From assembly GCA_963666515.2 (NCBI GenBank), contig OY762897.2:1568001-1632000 (forward strand): a DNA stretch of 64,000 bases. Reading direction: 5' to 3'. The notes beneath the pieces were generated by a model, which saw only the letters and a program-made list of their open reading frames with translations, made no database searches and was not told the DNA's origin. The DNA is from Candidatus Binatia bacterium. GTDB lineage: Bacteria > Desulfobacterota > Binatia > UBA9968 > JAJDTQ01. A program made the position numbers and the translations under genes. This document shows, piece after piece, positions 57,735-64,000 of the stretch. Positions within the stretch are counted from its first letter, which is position 1, and the number at the start of each line of letters is the position of its first letter.

Positions 57735-60638
57735 ATGACCAGAGGCACACGTAGGATCAAAGACTCCCTTCGGTCTTGCTCTCAGAACCAGAAATTGGCC
57801 AAGCAAGCGTTTGCAAAAAAGGATCTTGACGAATACCACAAGCACGCTCAGCTCTTGATACACGATCTGCATACTGCTTTCAATTTCACAATGGAAGTGA
57901 TCTTAAACCATTTTCTACCGGCCGAACAGTTTGGCAGTAAAGGTTTTGAGGAGCGATTGAATCGGTTAAAGGAAGCCGTTATATCCCCCCTCGACGACGA
58001 AATAGACCGAGCAATTGCTGAGATAAAACTGCTACGTGACAAGGGGGACCATAGTTTAAACTCTCCCGGGTATATCTTGACGCCCGACGCCTTGGACCAC
58101 CATTTGAAATACATCCAAGAGTGGATCAATACCGAACTAGAGAATGTAAAAAAAAGGCCAATTGACCTGGGGTATTGTGATTTTCTGGTAGATACGCAAA
58201 AAGCACAAGCTATGCTGCTTCTAAAGTCTGTAAAGGTCGGAGAGGACCGAAAAGGTGCCGTGATCCTCGTTCACGGGGAAGGTGGAACCGGGAAATCAAG
58301 ACTTGCGGGTACAATACTTGATTTGGCACACCGTACTGGCTGGGATACTTTTGAGTATCATTGTACACCCCCAGGTGCCGTACTCAAATCGTTTGTCGAC
58401 ACAATTACCGCTGACCTTTCGAAGAGCAATGGATATAGGGGTTCCGCAACAATCAAACTCCCGGCTGAATCTCAGCGGGTCGCACGAGTCGGCGATACCA
58501 GTAGTGACGATTATACAGCTCCAGTCAGAAACCGGGCCATGTCATTTTCCCAGGCCCTATACGGCCGCTTCGAGAAGACCCGAACAGGAGGATCAGCAAA
58601 ACCGATCCTGATTTCTATAGACAACATGCAATGGTTGACGGAGACCGAGACCGACGAGATTTCCATTCTTATCAGAGATTACCGTAAAGGCCCTGTTGTG
58701 TTGATGGGTGTTTTCGGAGGTGACGTCGAAAAAGCCTCATCACCGAACCTTAGCCGTTTGATGAGCCTCGTGGAGAGGGGACGCCTCGTGAAACTTCGCC
58801 TTGAGAACATTCCCAAGGAAAAGATCAAAGACGCGATCAGATTAATGTTCTGGGACAAGCCATCTGACTTTCCTGAATGGTTCCATGAACTCTTATACGA
58901 CGCAACTAACGGCAATATCTTTTTTCTCCGTGAACTATTAAAAGGGATGACGTACGTCGGTGACACTAGAAAAAGTACGCCAATTCTCGTAAACAACATA
59001 ACGGATGACGAGGATGACCAAAGTGGCAAATGGGTTATCACAAAATCGAAAGAAGACTTGGAAATCCCGAGACGGGTCAAATCGGTTGTGACGGAAATAC
59101 TGCGTAGGCTCGATAAGGAATCGACTGGTGTTGCCGAGTGCGCGGCGGTGGCAGGAGGTCTGACCAATTTTCCTCAGGTACTGGTTGAGCGACTGGTGGA
59201 ACGTGTGGACAGTCAACCGCAAAAAACCATAGAGGATGCCCTCATAAGGTTGGCACGGGAAGGGATAATCGTTTTTCAGCAACAACATCATGATGTAGCC
59301 ATTAGGTTTTTGCACGAACTTACTAAGGACCAAATATATTCAAATATCGACACGGAACGAAAAAAGGAACTTCACTCGGCGACGGCAGCTATTATGGCGA
59401 ACGATCCTAATCTCCGTGTCCTCGGAGAGGATTACCACGAAACTATCGCAAACCACTTCTTCCAAGCCGAAATGCACTTGGATGCTGCCCGTCATTACCA
59501 CATTGCGGCGAACGAGTCAGTCCAAAACTGCTTGTTTAGAAATGCGACAAGACAACTCGAACAATCAATCGCGGCGATGAAAAGGATCCAAAAATTCCAT
59601 TCTTCTGAAGAAGAGCTTGACGTCCAAATTGCCTATTCAGATGCCTTGAGGCAGTGCGGCGACTTTGGAAAAGCAATTGAAGTCCTGGAGTCGATTTACC
59701 CGATTAGCGACGACTCAATACGCGCCCGTGGTAGGATCCTCAACATGCTGGGAGACTTGTACTGCTTGAATGGCTCAAGGGAGCTTGCTTTACAAGCCTA
59801 CAATGAGTGCCACAAGTTAGCTGAAGCCGAGAATCTTTCAGAACTTCTATTGGAAGTCACATCAGACCTCTGCGAGTTTTACGATCGTGAAGCAGAACGG
59901 TACTCAGGCAACCCAAACAAAGTGAAGGAGTTGATTGAAAAGGGTGATCAGTTTTTGATCCAACAGGTAAGTTTGGCGAATAAAAGCAACGACGACTCTG
60001 CGAAGGCCCGGGCGGCACGTAACCAAGCGAAACAGATGCGACGACGTGGCGAATTTGAACAGGCAATTGGCATCTACAAAAGGGCTTTGAGTTTTTATTC
60101 CTCTCAACCTAACGACCATTCCGTCCTTATTCCCTATGCAAAAACACTTTTTCTTTCCTATAAGTCCGCCACTCGTCTTGGCGGAGCGCCGGCACTGCCA
60201 GCCCGACTCGCGGCCAAAACGAGGAGACAAGAGGCGTACAATATTGTCGCCGATTTGCTCAAACGCGGAAAAAAAACAGGAGCCAAAAGAACACGGGCAA
60301 TCGCGCGGCAGTATAGAGGGTTGTTTCGTATGGGAGACGAGAACAGTAAAGCCAAGAAAGACCTAAAGGCAGCATTGAAGGTTTTTAAGGAGATCAAATT
60401 TGCTCGTGGTCTTACTGAAACATATATAGCGTTAGGAGAATGGTACCTCGAGAAGGGTAAGAAAAAGAAGGCAATCGAAATGTTTTCCTCAGGCCTGGAG
60501 ATTAAGGGCGACATCCGTCATCTTGCACTGCGCGCGGCCGACACTCTTGACGTGATGACCGAGACTGATCGAGCGGAAAGGCTCCGCGAATTGGTCGGCG
60601 GGAAGCGCCAGAGATGGCCGGAAGCCAGACGCACCTAA
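57735..60638 (+). CDS. HEPN-like - STAND (AAA_16) ATPase - TPR protein, putative NLR-like antiviral factor
   Basis: RDKGDH (aa 101-106), Walker A GEGGTGKS (aa 181-188), Walker B ISIDNMQW, TNGNIFFLREL, RFLHEL, helical TPR-like C-terminus; AT-rich. Confidence 0.8.
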   Translation: MTRGTRRIKDSLRSCSQNQKLAKQAFAKKDLDEYHKHAQLLIHDLHTAFNFTMEVILNHFLPAEQFGSKGFEERLNRLKEAVISPLDDEIDRAIAEIKLLRDKGDHSLNSPGYILTPDALDHHLKYIQEWINTELENVKKRPIDLGYCDFLVDTQKAQAMLLLKSVKVGEDRKGAVILVHGEGGTGKSRLAGTILDLAHRTGWDTFEYHCTPPGAVLKSFVDTITADLSKSNGYRGSATIKLPAESQRVARVGDTSSDDYTAPVRNRAMSFSQALYGRFEKTRTGGSAKPILISIDNMQWLTETETDEISILIRDYRKGPVVLMGVFGGDVEKASSPNLSRLMSLVERGRLVKLRLENIPKEKIKDAIRLMFWDKPSDFPEWFHELLYDATNGNIFFLRELLKGMTYVGDTRKSTPILVNNITDDEDDQSGKWVITKSKEDLEIPRRVKSVVTEILRRLDKESTGVAECAAVAGGLTNFPQVLVERLVERVDSQPQKTIEDALIRLAREGIIVFQQQHHDVAIRFLHELTKDQIYSNIDTERKKELHSATAAIMANDPNLRVLGEDYHETIANHFFQAEMHLDAARHYHIAANESVQNCLFRNATRQLEQSIAAMKRIQKFHSSEEELDVQIAYSDALRQCGDFGKAIEVLESIYPISDDSIRARGRILNMLGDLYCLNGSRELALQAYNECHKLAEAENLSELLLEVTSDLCEFYDREAERYSGNPNKVKELIEKGDQFLIQQVSLANKSNDDSAKARAARNQAKQMRRRGEFEQAIGIYKRALSFYSSQPNDHSVLIPYAKTLFLSYKSATRLGGAPALPARLAAKTRRQEAYNIVADLLKRGKKTGAKRTRAIARQYRGLFRMGDENSKAKKDLKAALKVFKEIKFARGLTETYIALGEWYLEKGKKKKAIEMFSSGLEIKGDIRHLALRAADTLDVMTETDRAERLRELVGGKRQRWPEARRT

Positions 60639-60666
60639 TAAGTCGCGGGGCATTACCTCGGCGTTT

Positions 60667-60690
60667 TGGAACTGCCCCGGAAAACTCGGC
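60667..60690 (+). mobile_element. IS3-like terminal inverted-repeat stub
   Basis: TGGAACTGCCCCGGAAAACTCGG resembles the IS3 end at 54861. Confidence 0.5.
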
Positions 60691-60791
60691 AACGTCACGG
60701 AACTGGTGACCGCGAGGCGGTATTATACAGCCCATGGCCGTTTGTGATGCAGTATCTTGATTAAGACGACAGGGACCCGGAGGGGTTTTCC

Positions 60792-61970
60792 ATGATAGAT
60801 AAGGCGCGTCTCCGAGAGTGCGTGGTGAAATTGGTGCAGATCGACAGCCTGTCCCGCAAGGAGCGGGCCATCGCTCTGCACCTCACCGAGGCACTCAAGG
60901 GGTTGGGCGGTGTCGTCTACATGGACAACGCGGGAACCGCAGTCGGCGGCGAGGTGGGGAATCTCGTCGCTCACTTCGACGGCAACGTGGACGGTGCCGA
61001 GCCCATACTGCTGTCGGCGCACATGGACACGGTGGCCCCGGGCGAGGGTGTCGTCCCCGTGGTGGACGGCGACGTGATACGGAGCGACGGCAGCACAGTG
61101 CTTGGAGGCGATGACAAGAGCGGTATCGCCATCATCCTGGAAGTGCTGCAAGCCCTGCACGAGGAGGAGTTGCCCCACGGGCACATCGACGTAGTCTTCA
61201 CCATTTGCGAGGAGGTCGGCCTCCTAGGCGCGAAACACCTAGACCTGGGACTTGTGCGGGCGAAGACCGGTCTCGTGCTCGATAGTGACTCCATCGGCTT
61301 CCTCATCACGAAGGCACCCGCAGTCAATCACCTTGAATTCGAAGTCTACGGTCTGGAGGCCCACGCCGGGATATGCCCGGAACGGGGCATCAACGCGATT
61401 CAGGTGGCCGCCAACGGCGTGGCCGCCATGTCGTTGGGGCGCATCGACGAGGACACCACTGCTAACCTAGGCTTGGTGAGCGGTGGCACAGCCGTAAACA
61501 TCGTGCCGAACCGGGTGGCGCTCACCGGGGAAGTACGTAGCCACGACGAGGACAAGCTCGAACGGCAGACGCAGGCGATGGTAGCGTGCATGGAGGAAGC
61601 CGCCGCCGGCGCCAACATGGAACTGGACGGTCACCGCCACGAAGCACGCGTGGAATGCCGGGTCCGGCGGGAATACGACCGCATGGACCTGTCCCACGAC
61701 ACCGCCATCGTCCGGCAGGTCCACGAAGCCGCGCACAACCTGGGTTTCACCGTCGACACCGTGGCCAAGGGCGGCGGCTGCGACGCCAACGTGTTCAACA
61801 GGCGAGGTCTCCAGGTCGCCAACCTGGCCAGCGGCATGCGGGACATCCACACGGTGCATGAATGGCTCGATGTCAACGACCTCGTGAGCGCGGCCCGCAT
61901 CATCCACGAGGTCCTCCGGCTGGAGGGTTGCGGTCAAACATGCTCGGACGTGAGCTTGAAACGCTCCTGA
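60792..61970 (+). CDS. M20 peptidase T-like metallohydrolase
   Basis: SAHMDTV, LGGDDKSG, CEEVG, AHAG, GGGCDAN, IHTVHE. Confidence 0.92.
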   Translation: MIDKARLRECVVKLVQIDSLSRKERAIALHLTEALKGLGGVVYMDNAGTAVGGEVGNLVAHFDGNVDGAEPILLSAHMDTVAPGEGVVPVVDGDVIRSDGSTVLGGDDKSGIAIILEVLQALHEEELPHGHIDVVFTICEEVGLLGAKHLDLGLVRAKTGLVLDSDSIGFLITKAPAVNHLEFEVYGLEAHAGICPERGINAIQVAANGVAAMSLGRIDEDTTANLGLVSGGTAVNIVPNRVALTGEVRSHDEDKLERQTQAMVACMEEAAAGANMELDGHRHEARVECRVRREYDRMDLSHDTAIVRQVHEAAHNLGFTVDTVAKGGGCDANVFNRRGLQVANLASGMRDIHTVHEWLDVNDLVSAARIIHEVLRLEGCGQTCSDVSLKRS

Positions 61971-63385
61971 AGGAAGAGCGGGGTCAGTTCTTCGAGTTCG
62001 TCAGCGCCTACGAGCAGAAGAAGCGCGGAACTCAGACCAAACGGCCCCAGGACCTCGCCCGCGAAATCGCGCGCATCCTCAACGGCATGGTCAACGCCGA
62101 CGGCGGCGTGCTCCTGGTGGGGGTCGAGCCCGACAAGAGCCTCACCGGCCTCCCCTATGCCGAACAGGAGATACGGGAGCTTTGCGAAGTGCCCCTGAAC
62201 CTCCTCAATCCCCCGCTCCCGTCCCTGCACGAACGCATCGACCTCGGCAACCTGCTGCTGCTCCGATTCGAGGTGAGCCCCGGCCTGGAGATCCGCCGCG
62301 TGGCCAGCGGCAGGACGTTCTACCGCATCGCCTCGGAAAACCCCGCGGTGGCACCCGAGCAGATCCGGCTCCTCAAGGACGCCAAGCTGTCGTATTCCTA
62401 CGAACGGCAGCACATCCACGACGCGAGCTGGGACGATCTGGACGCCGCCGCCATGGAGTCCTTCGCCGAACGCATGGATGCGCAGACGGACCCCCGGTCG
62501 CTGCTGTCGCGCACCTATCATCTCGTCCGCGGCTCCGCGGACCGGCCCGAGATCTCCATGGCCGCCCTGCTGCTCTTCGCCAGGGAGCCCACGAGATGGC
62601 ATCCGCGTTGCGGCATCGACTTCGTGAAGTACGAGGGCACCGAAAGACGCTATGGAGCGTCCCTGAACGTGGTCAAGCGGGTACGCATCGACCGTCCCCT
62701 GTGGATGCTGGTCGATGAGGCCGTGGGACGGATCAAGGAGCATATCCGCGAGCGCATGGTCAGGCACGACCTGTTCTTCCGGGAGCGGCTGGAATACCCC
62801 TCTTTTGCCTGGCAGGAGGCCCTGGTCAACGCCGTCGGGCACCGCGACTACGCCATCACCGGCGCGGAGATCGAGTTCTGGATGTTCGACGACCGCCTGG
62901 AAGTGAGAAGTCCGGGCGTGTTGCCGCCTCCTGTCGCGCTGGACCACCTCAACCGGCAACAGCGGGTGCACTTCTCGCGCAATCCGCTGCTGGTCCGGGT
63001 GTTGTCGGACCTGGGCTACATGCGCGAGATCGGCGAGGGCGTGCCGCGCATGTTCCAGGAGATGGAGCACAATGCGCTCCGGCCGCCCGAGTTCTCCACC
63101 GAGGGCTTCCTTTTCACCGTGACGCTGCGGAACACCCCCATCTACGACGACGAGACCCTGCGGTGGCTCAACCACTTCGACCGCTCCCGCCTGAGCCCGC
63201 GCCAGCAGCGTTTGCTGGTGTATGCGCTGTCGCACGACAAGCTGCTTTCCAGCGCCGACTACCAGCGCGTTGCCGCGGTCGACCGCGACACCGCCTACCG
63301 CGATATCCGCGGCCTAGTGAACATGGGCATCCTCGCCCCGGTCAAGCCCAAGAGCCGGACCTACAAGATCGTGGAGCCCATATGA
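61940..63385 (+). CDS. AlbA_2 (Schlafen-like) - HATPase_c_4 - wHTH protein
   Basis: GQFFEF, MVNADGGVLLVGVE, EALVNAVGHRDY, SPG, RNP, EIGEGV, TAYRDI. Confidence 0.88.
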   Translation: MLGRELETLLKEERGQFFEFVSAYEQKKRGTQTKRPQDLAREIARILNGMVNADGGVLLVGVEPDKSLTGLPYAEQEIRELCEVPLNLLNPPLPSLHERIDLGNLLLLRFEVSPGLEIRRVASGRTFYRIASENPAVAPEQIRLLKDAKLSYSYERQHIHDASWDDLDAAAMESFAERMDAQTDPRSLLSRTYHLVRGSADRPEISMAALLLFAREPTRWHPRCGIDFVKYEGTERRYGASLNVVKRVRIDRPLWMLVDEAVGRIKEHIRERMVRHDLFFRERLEYPSFAWQEALVNAVGHRDYAITGAEIEFWMFDDRLEVRSPGVLPPPVALDHLNRQQRVHFSRNPLLVRVLSDLGYMREIGEGVPRMFQEMEHNALRPPEFSTEGFLFTVTLRNTPIYDDETLRWLNHFDRSRLSPRQQRLLVYALSHDKLLSSADYQRVAAVDRDTAYRDIRGLVNMGILAPVKPKSRTYKIVEPI

Positions 63386-64000
63386 GCGAAGGATTCACAC
63401 GACTCGCCGGGATCGCGGGCGGGTACGTGGAGGCCCGCATCCTGCAGGCGGCCGTGGGGCTCGGCGTGTTCGACGCCGTGGGCGAGGGAGACGCCGCGGA
63501 CGCCGCCGCGGTGGCGGCCCGCGTCGGTTCGGAGGCCCGCGCCACCGGGCAGCTTCTGGACGCCCTAGCGGTCATGGGACTGCTGGAGAAGGACGCTTCC
63601 CGCTATCGCCTCAACGATCTGTCCAGAGCTTACCTGACGAGCGGCTCGCCCAGGGATTTCAGCGGCATGATCCGGTTCGACGCCCTGTCGTGGGACGCCT
63701 GGGGCGGGCTGGAAGACGCGGTGCGCACCGGACGGCCCGCGCGGACCCCGGACATGTACCAGACCGACGAAGCCGAGACCGGGGTCTTCATCAACGCCAT
63801 GGATTCTCTGGTCAGGGCCCGGGGCGACGGGGAGATCACCGCCGACGCTTTGGACCTGAGCGGGGCGCAACGGCTGCTGGACATCGGCCCCGGGCCTGCC
63901 ACCTATCCCATCGCCCTGTGCCGGCGCTATCCGGCCCTGCGGGCAACCCTCTACGACCTGCCGGGAACCTTGCGCATCACCGAGCGCTACGTCCAGGCAT
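63382..64000 (+). CDS. SAM-dependent O-methyltransferase (Methyltransf_2), truncated by the window edge
   Basis: ATGA overlap with the previous gene; RILQAAVGLGVFD dimerisation domain, LLDIGPGP, LYDLPGT. Confidence 0.85.
   Translation, partial: MSEGFTRLAGIAGGYVEARILQAAVGLGVFDAVGEGDAADAAAVAARVGSEARATGQLLDALAVMGLLEKDASRYRLNDLSRAYLTSGSPRDFSGMIRFDALSWDAWGGLEDAVRTGRPARTPDMYQTDEAETGVFINAMDSLVRARGDGEITADALDLSGAQRLLDIGPGPATYPIALCRRYPALRATLYDLPGTLRITERYVQA

Noticed and set aside
52792-60700. Integrative island anchored at tRNA-Met
   Set aside because: No integrase, and I found no duplicated tRNA 3' end (att site) downstream.
1-64000. CRISPR array, cas genes, prophage or retron
   Set aside because: No regularly spaced repeat-spacer array, and no cas, phage structural, integrase or reverse transcriptase genes were seen.

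Overview
GC-rich bacterial chromosome window. The gene content (six amidohydrolase_2 paralogues, tripartite tricarboxylate/TAXI/Dpp transporters, maleate-isomerase-family genes, Uma2 endonuclease) resembles a Deltaproteobacteria/Binatia-like heterotroph, possibly host-associated; this is inference only. The backbone carries glcDEF, argC, moeB/moeZ, thiI, pgsA, an ITPase, peptidases, tRNA-Gly(GCC) and tRNA-Met(CAT). Two accessory islets interrupt it. (1) ~18.9-26.5 kb: an AbiE type IV toxin-antitoxin pair, an ISNCY relic hit by IS1634 and IS630 at CTAG sites, and a lone AIPR gene, all between the two halves of a Dpp-type ABC transporter. (2) ~54.8-60.7 kb: IS3 relics, one with intact ends and a CAT target duplication that contains an IS1634 fragment and the 3' end of a group II intron, followed by an AT-richer 967-aa gene with HEPN-like (RxxxxH) - STAND ATPase - TPR architecture. 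That gene is the best candidate for an undescribed NLR-like antiviral system. Other notable items: an AAA_21 ATPase coupled to a probable DUF4276 partner, an HTH-HATPase-STAS regulator with helically phased repeats, an archaeal-like ITPase behind tRNA-Gly, and several enzymes lacking canonical catalytic residues. All family calls come from motif recognition by eye; no searches were run.
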